Shown here piece after piece: positions 25,617 through 38,286 of a DNA stretch of 64,000 bases. The stretch covers positions 12,400,001-12,464,000 of the forward strand of contig CM068755.1 of NCBI GenBank assembly GCA_035084275.1, read 5' to 3'. The notes below the pieces were generated by a model, which worked only from the letters and a program-made list of their open reading frames with translations, had not been told where the DNA came from and did not search any database. The DNA is from Hydrolagus colliei. Taxonomy: Eukaryota. Both the position numbers and the translations under genes were made by a program. Position 1 is the first letter of the stretch. The number at the start of each line of letters is the position of its first letter.

Positions 25617-26011
25617 AACAATCTATGGATGCTTGATGTGCTGAGCAACCAGATCATGGCTTTGAAAGAGTTATGAGTTGGTAAAGCAAGTCTCCTTCCA
25701 AAACTCTTCTGGTATTCTCTGGACATTTATGATACCACTTTGTTAAAAAAAACTGTCCAAGTGATAAAATCACCACTGCATTGTATGATTCAGGCCAGCA
25801 CTCAAATTTCTTTCTTTTAAACAAAATACTCTTGAAAATATAATCTGTCGACAATTACTATAGTTGAGGCCCACACATATTCCACAACCACGTGAGTGAG
25901 TTACTGGGGAGGGTTGTCTAATTTTTAAATTATTTCTTTTTTTCATAGTTTGCTAAACATACAAGTTCATTTTCGGAGGATTTTGGGTGAATTCAAGCTG
26001 GAGCTCAGAGA

Positions 26012-26079
26012 TTATAAATAAATAATAATCCTCGCATTTGATGTAGCACTTTGCACATCTTCTAGACGTCTCACAACGC
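26012..26079 (-). mobile_element. SINE tail only
   Basis: aataataatcctcgcatttgatgtagcactttgcacatcttctagacgtctcacaacgc. Confidence 0.75.
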
Positions 26080-27191
26080 AAAGAGACATCCGTCTGCCAG
26101 GAATTCTTTGAAAGAAGTAAAAGTGAAGCAGGAAAAGAAGTAACAATCACAAAAGTTGCATTGTTAGCGATGTCCTGTCAGTACAGGTAAGTCAAGCTAT
26201 TCGTTGTTTCCTCTTATCAGCAGTTGAACTGGGTGACTTCAAATCCAATGTACTATAACAACAAAGTTCCGCCGTACTCCATCCCTATTAACTGAGCAGT
26301 ACTCATGTGAAGACAAGAAAAGGATAAAGTCATGCCATTTCCACTTAAGAGTTGCAACATTTTTCTTATTACTGCAGTTAGAATTATTGGCACACATTTC
26401 TGTTCCAGACATCAAAGTATTAACAGCATGAAACATATATTTGAGAATGAACAAGTAACGATTTTGTTTTGCTCTATTTTTAAATAAACTCAGCCTCGCC
26501 GAGAGAGAGATTAAAAAAAAATAGAAAATCCTGCCAAAAGAAAAAAAAATGTCTTTGTACTGGCCTTTAAATTATATTGATACCATTAGGAAAAAAAAAC
26601 AGTGAGCACAGATTTGTCATATAACACAAGAGAAAACAAACCTTGGTAAGCAATCATGTACAGAACAGTGAACATCTTGTGTCTGTGATAGAACAAAGCT
26701 TGCCTCTGTCAGATTATTGATTTGTTCCTGGAGGTGCATAGAACCACACCACGGTGATTGCCTCCCCCCACTGAGCCCTGATAGGGCTGAGAGCATGCAA
26801 TATTGATCCAACCCAGCTCCTTGGAGATAATGCACTGATAATGCTGACCAGGTTGCAGACCTAAATGAAAATAACAAACTTTCAGCAACACAGTAGCACA
26901 AAGTAAGGCTGTCCTCACCGTTTTATTCTAAACTAATGTCTACATCGAAGATCCTTTTCACCACAGGAGTCTTCTTTTTTAAAATTGCACATCTAGAATA
27001 CCTTTTTTGTTGTGCAGCTGAAGATGAACTATTTCAGAAATCAATCACGTATCATTATCCCTTTTGACAGCTTCACTTACAATAGAACTTTCCAGTATTG
27101 TTTTGAAGAATTCTATCTTTGAGGATGATCACAATCATAACTATTGCAGTCATTTACACAACACCCATGGTTTTGTTTCCGCCACCTCCAG

Positions 27192-28130
27192 CAACAACTT
27201 TTACTTATATACACGCTGTGTGCCATCTCAGACCGCTTGACAGGAATGAGGCCTGATTCTATACCATGGGATGGGAGAGGTGGCTGTAAGCACGGTTGAA
27301 GAGGAAGGTTTTCAGGCAGGACTTATAAAGAGGGAGAGAGGGGGCAAGGGGGAGGGATAAGGGAGAGTGTACCAGAGTTTTAGGGTGCAATGGCTGAAAG
27401 GTTGGCCTCCGATGGTGGGGTGGATGGTGCAAGGGAAGAGCAGGAGGCCAGTCGAGCAGAGGAGCCGAATGGTGGTGTGGGAAGTGAGGATGTCAGAGAA
27501 GTAGGGAGGCACCCGGATTGAGTGAGTGGATTTGAACATAAGTGTAAGGATCTTGAAGTTGATCTGTTTAGCGATGGGGAACCAATTGAACCTGGCCAGA
27601 ACTAGTGAGATGTAGGTACAGAGTTTGGTCTGGGTCAGTATGCAGGCTGCAGAGTTCTGACTCAGCTGGATCTTTTGAATGGTGGAGCTGGGGAGACCAG
27701 TGAGGACTGGTTGACTGGGTCAACCAGCAGAGGGGAGAGAAGGGGGAGTGAAGTGATCAACATCAAGGTAGGGAGGGGTTCGAGACAGCAGGTAGTGAAC
27801 TTCAACTGGGATATTGTGGTTGAGAGGGAGGGGAGATAATTTGGGCAAAGGAGTTCAAGGAGGAGGGAGTAGCAGGAGCTGTGGCGGATGAAGAATACAG
27901 TGTGGATGGTTTGGGTGTGGTGGAAGGGAACATGGCGGGGGGAACAGGATGATGCAGCCAAGCGGATGATTTGTATTTTTGAGGCAAAAAAGTCTAGGAT
28001 GTCTTTGCACTTGGTGTCTGATGTGAAGATAAGGGGAACTTGGGAGGGCCCACAGAGAAGGTGATGGATGGTTGAAAACATCATCTTTGGATTGTTGTTT
28101 GCCTCCAGGATGACTTTGGAGTAATACCCC
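27192..28130 (-). mobile_element. L2 LINE, 5'-truncated, with the RT domain internally deleted
   Basis: Minus-strand translation gives the pre-RT linker (NNNPKMMFSTIHHLL..DFFASKIQIIR..TCCLEPLPT..PFK) joined at about 27665 to the C-terminus (QNSAACILT..RFNWFPI..INFKIL..IGGQPFSHCTLKLWYTLP), followed by a (gtt)n tail. Confidence 0.85.
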
Positions 28131-28549
28131 CAAACGTATAGAGTAGTCAAAACATCCTTAACTTCTATTTGTTGGCTCGGTTATGCTGATCACCCCCACT
28201 GTGGAGTTTATTGAACAGCTTATCCAAACTCATGAGATAACCAAATAAAAGCATTCTGATAAATCTACCTATGCATTTTGGACATCATTAAATAAGGAAA
28301 ACTACAATTGCTGAGCACCCTTTATGTAATGTACACACCAAAAAAGAGAATGTTTTCCTGGTGTACATTAAGGTAAGGTGATGCCCAAAATGGCATAATC
28401 TTTCTTTATAAACAGATTCAATCTTGTGTGCAAAGGCTAAATAATTCCGGCATCTTTTGATTCAGTTTTTCTACAATTTTTTGTACATTCAGCAATCTAT
28501 GTAAATAACAGTAGTCTTACTGGGGGATGTTAAAGAAGCCATGTTAATG

Positions 28550-28775
28550 GTGTGCCTCTTGTGCGGCTAACCAGAGCCGCTCACAGCCAACTGTCATCAG
28601 TAGTTCCTTAAGACGACTGCATCCAGGCCACAGATGTCAGTTTAACACAAGCAAGAGCTCCCGCCAAGCACCTGGCTGTGAACCAACAAACACATCATGC
28701 ATGACTGCTGTCAACCCAAATCGTGCCCACTGAGATTTGAACCTGTGACCATGGACGTGTGAGCAAAGTGCAGAA
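28550..28775 (-). mobile_element. Possible old tRNA-headed SINE
   Basis: B-box-like ggttcaaatct on the minus strand (agatttgaacc, about 28733-28743). The body is not recognised. Confidence 0.25.
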
Positions 28776-29491
28776 ACAAGTCATTTTGAGGTTCCCTTTG
28801 GCATTAACACACAGAGACTTGCATTAGCAAACCTCAAAAGACTAAACAATGTAAAGTAAAGACTGTACTTCCTATGTGTATGCAGCTTGATAATTTATTC
28901 ACTTCACATAAACACTAGTGGTTGACTTTGAGAATGGGGAAAGGAAATTGCATCAGCAACATTTGATCTCTAGTAATTCGGGATATAGAATTCTTCTGTT
29001 CAAAACAGTTTTGTTAAAGCTCTAAAATTATTTTTTCTTGGATGATGTCACATATCATAATTTCATGAGTTAACTCAAGTAATTTAAGAAAAAAAATACA
29101 AATCTTTACTGTGCTGAAAAATGTTAGTATGCCCCATTGAATAATCAATAAAACTGACTTTTCTTTTACCAAAAGTGATTTCTTACTATAAAATATAGCA
29201 ATATATTGTTATTTGTAGTGATTAATGTATGATAGACCCCTCCCGGAGCTCTATCCTTTCCAGGATACATAGCAAAGTGGCTTTCTATAATTTTTGGATA
29301 CAAATGTAGATTTGTTTATGCAAGTGAGCTTTCTTGAGAAAAGTTTCCGAAAGCCATATTTTTTCAGCACTATAAAACTTGTGAGAAATGGATACTATGC
29401 ATTTTAAAGTAAGATGATTTGCAATGAACCGGGTGGTAGGTTTACCGACTTTAAACGGTTTAAGCTTATAACTTCAACTTAAGCTTATAAC

Positions 29492-30272
29492 GTCAACGTC
29501 TCCATTCACACGGCTCTCACCTCCTCCACCTTCCCGGCCTGGCCCCTAAAACTCACCGAACCTGTGCGCAACCTTGGCATCAGTTTCGACCCCCAACTGT
29601 CCTTCCTCCCCCGCATCTGGTCCGTCACCAGCACTGCCTTCTACCACCTCCGACGGATCGCCCGTCTCCGGCAATACCTCACCTTAAAAGCCGCCGAAAC
29701 CTTGGTCCACGCCTTTGTCACCTCTCGGCTGGACTATTGCAACGCCCTCCTTGCCGGTCTCCCCTCCACCACAATCCACAAAGTCCAGCTTATCCCAAAC
29801 TCTGCCGCCTGCATACTCACCTGCTCTAAGCTTCGCTCCCCCATTACCCCAGTCCTTGCCAGACTTCACTGGCTCCCTATCCCAGAGAGGATCGACTTCA
29901 AGATCCTCACCCTTGTTTTCAAATCCCTCCATTCCTCTGCACCCCCCTATCTCTCTGATCTCCTCTCCGCCCAACCCAGCACCCGCTGCCTTCGCTCCTC
30001 TGGGTCTGGCCTCCTCCATGTCCCCCGAGTCCTCCGCCGTGCCTTTAGCCACTACGCCCCAAGGCTCTGGAACTCCCTTCCTCACTCGCTTCGCCTCGCC
30101 CCCTCTCTTCCCAGTTTCGGGTCACAGTTGAAGACCTTTCTCTTCAACCAAGCTTTTGGTCACCTCCTGCCCCTACCCCTGGCTCAGTCCCGGGATCCGA
30201 TACTGTGAAGCGCTCTGAGACACTGTCTGGCGTGGAGGGCGCTATATAAATCAAAGTTGTTGTTGTTGTTGT
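29492..30272 (+). mobile_element. L2-clade LINE, 5'-truncated; ORF2 C-terminus still open (29564-30208)
   Basis: VRNLGISFDPQLSF..AFYHLRRIARLR..AETLVHAFVTSRLDYCNALLAGLP..LHWLPI..RIDFKIL..RAFSHYAPRLWNSLP..LKTFLF are hallmark L2 motifs. The 3' end has a stem-loop and a (gtt)n tail. Confidence 0.95.
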
Positions 30273-31170
30273 ATAACAATATTACTCTTTTAAGGGGAGA
30301 ATAACAAACCCTCTCCACCAAAGAACTGACAAGGAGAATTAACCTTGTGGATAAATGTATTTCCTTGCACTGTATATTGGTGAATTAATAGTTGTGCAAT
30401 AAATTGACAGCTTAATGTGTATATTGAAATGTATATAGGCAAAAGATACAAACTCCAAAGTTAATTGAACAAATAGGTTATTTGAACTATCCAGGTTTTA
30501 CCGTATTCATTTGTAAGACCCAGTAATCAATTTTTTATTATTCTGTATACAGATATTGTAAAGATACATCACTACTGTATAAATCCTGCCAGAGCTCTCC
30601 TGTTGAAACATATTCTAAACCAGGCTGACTTCTAACCAACTAAATGAGAATTGTGTATAGAGTAATAAATACATAGAGTATAATTATAGCTTTGAAAATG
30701 TTCACCAATAGCCTGGAAATAACCTATGAAACCAATAGCACTGATTACTAACTATCAACTGAATCAATTTACAGGAAGGTCAACTTGTTAAGAACCAAGA
30801 GTTTAAATGGTATAGTACTTAATATAAATATTTAAATGGTTTTCCTCCCTTGAGCAGATTAATGATATATAATAACTTTATAATGGTGTTTAAAGGTACT
30901 TACATCTGTGTATATACTGCAATTTCTAATTCTTTTCATAGATTATAGCACTACAGAGTGAATGCCAAACACATCTATAAGGTGGCAGAGGGCTTAAGAA
31001 TGGATGATGCATATTAAAGTAATTATTTTTGATCCCAGACTTTAAAGTCAAAGCTTTTATAGCAACACTTTGATGTGTTACTGAAATATTTTGATTTTCC
31101 TGTGCTACATTTTGTTGTGACACTAATTCCAGCATCAATAATAATTTTAAATGTCCAGATAAAATGATTA

Positions 31171-31292
31171 GACATTCGCTTCATGGCTGTTTGTGGGAGG
31201 GATACTTATGTGCATAAATTGGATGCCGCATTCACCTACAAATACAATCACTACACTTTACAGTAAACCCCATGATGTGCTTTGAGATGTCC
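31171..31292 (+). mobile_element. SINE (Deu-type) 3' fragment
   Basis: catggctgtttgtgggagg..tgtgcataaattggatgccgcattcacctacaaatacaatcactacactttacagt..gtgctttgagatgtcc. Confidence 0.7.
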
Positions 31293-31329
31293 CGGCAATT
31301 TTCACGTGACATTTATGCCCGCAGTGGTG

Positions 31330-31622
31330 TACAATTCAGAAGGAAAATCCATGCACAGTGCAGCCAAATCTTACTCTAACCCACCAAGTAGGTGACCGAG
31401 CACTCGAGTATTGCTGTGTTAATTGTAGTCTAAGTGCCCGCAGAACCTTAAACCCAGCGTGTGTTGCAACATGAATTGAAATTGTCCAGCTACTTACTGC
31501 CATGAGTTTCCTCCTCCACCAATTGAAGAGCCTGTACTGGTGCACATAATGAACATATAAGCATTGGGTGAGTGAGATGGACCACACACACGGGGCTCTG
31601 TGTTTTCCTCTGAAATTTTGAA
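31330..31622. mobile_element. Possible degraded MITE
   Basis: Imperfect inverted ends caattcagaaggaaaa and ttttcctctgaaattttg, with a more GC/CpG-rich interior. Confidence 0.3.
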
Positions 31623-32829
31623 TATCTCGCTGGGCCTCCACTTCTTAGACACAGTGATGTGGTGTAGATGGACCTGTGCAGGTGGCAGTGCTGCTCAAAA
31701 TGTCAAAAGGAACCAACGTAACTTGACAGATGCAAGTTGAGGTAGCATTGTTCAAATGCTCAGACTGCCATTTGTAACAAGGGTATTGAAAGCACTGCTC
31801 AGAGCGAGAGACACTGTGATCAGAAACAGTGAAGAGTACAGTACTTCAGGAGAGGCGGAGAATCATTCTGAAAGACCGAATATCTTAGAAAGGAAAGTCT
31901 GGGGTAGACATAATGGCAAAAAACAAACAAAGGGAAAACTGTTGACGAGAGCACTGTGAAGGATTGAATATGGTCCAGTATGTTTTTAAAATCAAGTCCG
32001 AATGATCATTCTATTATATTCCTGGTGCTTGTAATGAATTAAACAAACATCATTGCCATAACATGTAAATATTTATGAAGGAATGCTTGTGCGATTTAAA
32101 AAAGTACCAGACCATTGAAACTAGGGGTTTATATGAAGCTCCTATGCCAGGCTCATGCTTGCGCAACACAGATAAGCCCTGAATTCTGTAGGTGTTATGG
32201 TGCACCATACATTGCAGGGCCTATTCTTGTGTGTTTACCTTGGTTTCTGCAAACAAACATCCAGACAAATCTATTCTAAACATTAAAGAGAAAATATTTC
32301 ACAGAACGCAGCTTCATTAGCAGTATTTTCTGAAGTCACAAAATTCCAATCTTTTTTATTTTTGTGCAAAAATACAAAAGGATTGATCAGCATAATCAGC
32401 AGCTACAGAAATTCTCTTTCTGATTGATTTAACCCTTTGTGTGCATAGTGAATGGCTGAAGTTTCCTATTATTGATGCAACAATTAACCTTTGAAACAAA
32501 TCCAGCTGCACCACTACTGAATGTTCCCATTCCCCACTGTGTTGAGCATATCTGTTTATTTGACGCTACTTGCTTTTCTGCTCCTGCTATCCTGTGAATT
32601 GGATTCTGATGTTCCTTTACATTAATTGTGTGAATAGCAATGCAATTACAACATTATTATTGTAGATTGCTGTGCGATCACAATGTTGGCTCATTCATTT
32701 GTTTGTTACAGGTATTAGGCTGTAAATAAATATTTAATAAAAATCCACATTTTTAATTTATGGTACTTGGAATTCTAAAAGACAGCAATGAGAATCAAAC
32801 CTTGAATCCTACTTGGGTGCAACTTTATC

Positions 32830-33030
32830 CGTTGAGTGCTTCAGCTGTACAGATCAGGGGATGCTTAACTCACATAAATTTTGGTGGTGGTGTAGACATT
32901 GCAATGGGTTTCTATGATCATAGTTGGTAAGAGAAAAATCAGCCAGTGATCCTATCCTCGATTGCTATTTAGCGACAGTTTCAGGATGGTGAACTTGTGT
33001 GAGTATCAAATAAGGAGAAAGGGAATCTAA
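32830..33030 (+). mobile_element. Old SINE-like repeat, second family
   Basis: gagaaaaatcagccagtgatcctatcctcgattgctatttagcgac matches a recalled shark repeat and partly aligns with the reverse complement of 51400-51475. Confidence 0.4.
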
Positions 33031-33554
33031 AACACAGTTGTATCAGGGAATAACAATAGAGACAACTGCAATGAAAAAGATGTGCATCAGGCTGACTCCA
33101 GTCTGACACAATCTACCGCTAGGTTTCCACAGGTCAGTGTGAGATACATATCCAGTTACTGTCAGGACTTGCTACTTGCTATTTCTAGTCACAAATATCA
33201 TGCATGTCAGCAATGTCTACAAAGGCAACTGGCACCTATGAAGCCAATGAGGTGGAAAAATACATTCGATACCTTCAGGATAACATATGATTGACTAAGG
33301 AATGATACTGAGAAGTTGTTCAAAAGCAATGCTGGATATAGACCCTATTTGAAAACCCATTTCATAAAAACAGCTATTCCATGTTTATTTCTCTTACAGA
33401 TTTCCCCCATAGAACACATGTGATGTTTTACTGGTTGCTTCTCCATTCTATTCTTGTACCTGACATCCAGGAGCAGTGGCCAGTCCAAGTATTTACTTTC
33501 CTGCTTACAGGGTGGCCTGTGTATCCAACTTTGTGAGAGTACACTGGTGAATGG

Positions 33555-33734
33555 TCATTTAATTAATCATTCACCTCATGGCTGTTTGTGGGACACAGCT
33601 GTGTGCAATTGTGGTGGCACATTTGCCTACAAATACACAATCGCTTAATTTTACAGTAAAACATGTGAAGCTGTTTAAGACATCCTTCTGACATGATAAG
33701 ACACTGTGTACCAAATGCAAGCATTATTATTATT
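33555..33734 (+). mobile_element. SINE 3' half
   Basis: catggctgtttgtgggacacagctgtgtgcaatt...gtgaagctgtttaagacatcc...caaatgcaagcattattattatt. Confidence 0.75.
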
Positions 33735-33913
33735 CATCATTCTAATATACTACTCTATGGGACTGATTTCCTCGAGGTGCACTGCTAGCTTCACTGGAAG
33801 CCTATGGGAAGACTTGTGTGTAGCTATCATCACAAGACAAGAGTGGTTCCAATGCTAGTTCTAGAGGCCATTTGATCTCTTCCTTCTTCATTGGACAACA
33901 GATTAAAATGTTT

Positions 33914-33977
33914 CCTTGGGATGTCCTCCTGATGTAAAAGGAGCTATACAAGTATAATTTTGTTGTTGTTGTTGTTG
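33914..33977 (+). mobile_element. L2b tail only
   Basis: ccttgggatgtcctcctgatgtaaaaggagctatacaagtataattttgttgttgttg. Confidence 0.75.
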
Positions 33978-36900
33978 TGTCATATTTTAAGAAGGGGAAA
34001 ATGCAGCATCATTAAGTGCCATCCATCTCGACGTAGGGGTAAAAACAATCCTCTAGAATCATACAAGATAAATAAAAATATTAACCATGCATTGGGCCTA
34101 TTACAAACCTATTCCACATATCTACCTCCTCAGAATAATGGAACTCCATAGTAAACACAGTATAACAATACAAATTATTCTTAGTAGAATTAACCCTAAA
34201 AGAATATTTAGAAACTTTAATGTCTTGCAGTGATGCTGCTGAAACTTTGTATTGTGTCAGCACTAAAAGTAAAGATCGAAAGCTATTAATTCTTAATTGT
34301 GATAAGTTGTTTGGTAATTGGAATAAACTGGGCAGATCCAAGCCTCAGGTTTCTCATTAGTTTCACATCAATACTTGCACTAAAACTATGGGTCAGTGGC
34401 TGTATCTTCTTGTTACTCAAGTGAATTCATTAATCATCCTGTTCTAGGATGTCCATAAAAATAGCTAAGATTTCAAAGTTGAATGAAGCCATACAGAACA
34501 GCTGTCACTGGGTTTTCACCAGATAGGCCAGGCCACACTTTGCAATTTTAGAAAATGTCACCCATTCATTCTTGGATTTGAATGGAAAAGAACACTCAGG
34601 ACTTTTAACAATATCTCCATTACGAAGTAAAACCAATATTATTGCACTACTTCACCACTGACATGTGAGTAGCATTAACATTTCTCAAGTTATTTGGAAA
34701 TGCCAACTTGCAAACAGCATTCACATCACATCCTGAAATGAGTTGCAAGTGTTGTCAAGTGTGGCAAATGCAGATGTGATGACTTCCGGTAAATAATTTC
34801 ACACAACTCTTAAATATTCCATGCCTCTCACCCAGCTGGTATTCAACATACAGCCATTTTTAACCAGAATTGCTTCATTCTAGTTGTAAATATATTTGGT
34901 ATTGAAACAAATATCAACTTGGCTTATCTTAAAATATCAAGCATTTAGTACAAACTTACTATATATTATCTTTGACAGCGAATCTTATCAAATTTAGCAT
35001 GAGAATGGAAATGTTACATTCACAAATGGTGTGCGGCAGCTTTGTTTAAAATGGTCTATGGGTTCTCAGATACATTATTAAAGGCCAATTACTTAACATG
35101 GGTATACAATGCTTCCAAATACTGCAACAACCATCCAAATGTTGGGTCAACCAGTTACTAAATGTGATGCGAGCAGCCTTTCATGGCCCTGCTACCAGAC
35201 AATGCTCTCCAGAGTCGAATGCCGTTTGCTTTCCAGGTCACCTATCTCAGAGGCACTACCGACTGGGACATCAGCTATTACTGTACTTTACATTATGGAA
35301 CAAATGCAATCACTGACCTGTACTGAATGCAAGCAAAGAGTACTTGACTAATAAAGATGGATAAAATTTAACATAGCCCATTCTATGTGCCCTCCTAGCA
35401 GTAGTCATACGTAACAGGATAAATAAATAGACGTTTAACCGCAAGACTGCTGGCAGGTCAATGGACATGTACATTGGGATAGGGTGAGTATTTGAATACA
35501 TTTAAATTAAGAGATCTGGCAATGATAGAAAAAAGAGAAATATCACTGAATCATTTTGCCAATTCTGCTCCACCAAATTTCTCTCTTGAAGGCATTTGTT
35601 TCATCCATTCTCTGAAGTATTACATGGTTACATACTTTGCAGTAACTTGTCTGAGTGGCTATTTATATGTGAACAGTCACAATGAATCCCAGCATTTTAC
35701 TTAACCATGGGAGAATGGCTACTGAGCCTGATCTTGTCCTCTTGTACACCCCTCCAGCACTGGATAGGGAACACTTTTCTCCTCATCCAATAGCACACAA
35801 TATAGACAATTATAGAACCTAACTTTTGTCCTGATAACTCTTCAGATTGAAAGCACCCAGCTCTATGGTTTATTGCCCAACAGGCAATGGTTTTACACAC
35901 TAGACCATTATGGAGCTTAATATGACATTGATTTTCTTCGTGAAATAACAGGCTCGAAGTCAAAAGCATTCTTAAACATAATAGATTCTTCCAACACACG
36001 TCGAACATCAAGTCACTGAAGTCATATATCTAAGTTAATATAAGTGACGTTAAGTATTTTTCAATTTGTCATGACATTTTTCCTTGTTTCAACTTTTCAA
36101 AGTGCAACTCCTGTTTATTTTATAAAGCAAAAGTCAACTTGTTAAATTTTAGTGTTGATGCTATTATTTATGTATCATATTATGTATTAGTTTCTTATTT
36201 TAAACTATATTTTGTCAGATTTGAAGTGAATTTGAAGTGTTGACCAGCTCTGTTGTGAGAATTGCATGACATTCAGATTTGCCACGACAAGCTCAGCAAG
36301 GTGCTCTCAACCTGGCTCGCCTTTGGCTTACAACACCTCAGCTGTTAGTGTAACACCAGAAGACCTCCTTATCAAGCAGCTGACTCAAAGCAGTCTGCCC
36401 TTTATTAACAAACTACTCTCTCAGGGCTTTGCAGTCAATTATATAACAGAAACCACTGCAACATGCCATGCTACCCTCAACCCTAACTATTGTCTTCCAT
36501 TGCTGCACTGAGATCACAATGCAGTGTTAATTTAATAATGCCCTCAATCTGGACATAAGGCATTTATTACACTATTTAATGTCATATTAGTAATTAGAAT
36601 AATAGCCCCAGTGGATAATACTTAAAAAAAAATTTCATAGTACCCTAATTAAGCTAACAAAGATACTGCCCTTAAAGGTTCCACATCTCTATTGGCACTG
36701 ATGCATATGTTCAGATTTTTCTCATGCTTGTACGTCTTCTGTCACTGAAATTGTTAATGAATTCATTGAGTTCTCCCAGAGCAGAAAACACTGTGGGTTT
36801 TGTTTCTCAAGACAAATTTGGCTAAAAGAAAGGAAATAGTATCAGAGAGATACGCCAATCCCAGAATTCCTCTGAGGCAGTGAATAACCTTTTCCCGTGA

Positions 36901-38142
36901 TTTAGGGATCAGAGATTGATCTGTCACACTGTTTGTTCTAGAGAAGCTCCCAGAGGTACATTCAGCTTGAAATGTTAAGGTTAGTTCATTAGCTGTCCAT
37001 ACCTCATTCCTCCGAAGGATCAAGATAATACTGTGGTTAGTTAATGGCTTTCTGTTGTTTCCCCAAGAGCCTGACTGTCTGATGCTCACAGGCAAAGCAC
37101 TGGTCTCCACTATTAGGACTAGTTCCTATGGCTTTCAAAAGGCTGTTCTGTTTGAAAACAGTCAAATTACACAAGCATTTCCAAAGGAATGTAGCACAAC
37201 AAACCCAGCCCACAAAACCACATCAGGTTTCTAATTTCCTCCTCGGCACCAGAACTCCATTTACCCTGCTAACCATCTGTTTCATGTGCTTCCTAAAGAA
37301 CATTAAAATAAACATAAAAATGATCAAGGAAAGGTTTTAGCATTTAAGTACAGGATTTGTTTCCTTAGTGTCATGTTATGCAGCAGAATGGTTGTTAGGC
37401 AGTTTAGTGCAAGGAAACGGTGTAAATGGATACGAGACGATAGTAAAGCACCATGCAGACCAACATATTCACAGAGTGTGTTAGAGAAGTCTGTTTTTTT
37501 TATTGGAATTTATTACATGAAACATGTATGGTCTGAGCATTGACCAAATATTGATGTTTTAAAACTGTATTTTCCTATTTTAGATGCATTTGATTTCTGA
37601 ATGCATTTGCTATGAAGCATTGGAACCTACTGAAACATCATAATTTACTCACAATGAAAATCACTCAGTCTGGCTTTATGATGCATTTTATCTTGGAGAC
37701 AGTCTGTAGAAAAAGAATATTTCAGTAGATTGTGGAAAATGGTACACTTGGATATTAAGAGGGTGAATAATTTAATAGTTCCAATGATGTTAACAGTTCT
37801 GTACATTCTCCTTAGTTTACTACTATTTTCAAACAAATTCTGCTCAAGATACTCGACCACATCCACTCTTTAATACATAACGTTACACAAGGTAAAATGA
37901 TGGGAAATAGCAGGTAATCTGGGGATGACTTAAATATGCATGTAGGGATGATTTTATTCAGTTTCTTTTTAGCAAATAAACAGATCTGTGGATGTCAATG
38001 TGTGACATTTAACATAATTACAATTATTCCAATCCAAGCTATGAGATGCTGTATTATATTATAGCCTGCTCTCACTTCTCCCTACATTACCTTATTTTCA
38101 AGGGCAGAACAATAGATTTTCAGTAGTACTAATTTAGTATTT

Positions 38143-38286
38143 TAATAATAATCCTTATCTTTGATGTAGCATCTTGCATGTAGGAAGCTCATTACATATG
38201 GTGCGACTGTATTTTGTGGGTAAATGCAGCAGCCAATGTATGCTGAGCAAGGTCCCACAAACAGTGATGAAGTGAATCACCAATTA
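38143..38286 (-). mobile_element. Old SINE 3' half
   Basis: taataataatccttatctttgatgtagc...gcagcagccaat..gcaaggtcccacaaacagtgatgaagtgaatcaccaatt. Confidence 0.65.

Noticed and set aside
26715-26860. Minus-strand exon after a strong acceptor (ttattttcatttag)
   Set aside because: There is no convincing donor and no recognisable peptide in any frame.
29684-30131. Overlapping 133-aa (-) and 138-aa (+) ORFs
   Set aside because: These are shadow frames of the C-rich L2 ORF2.
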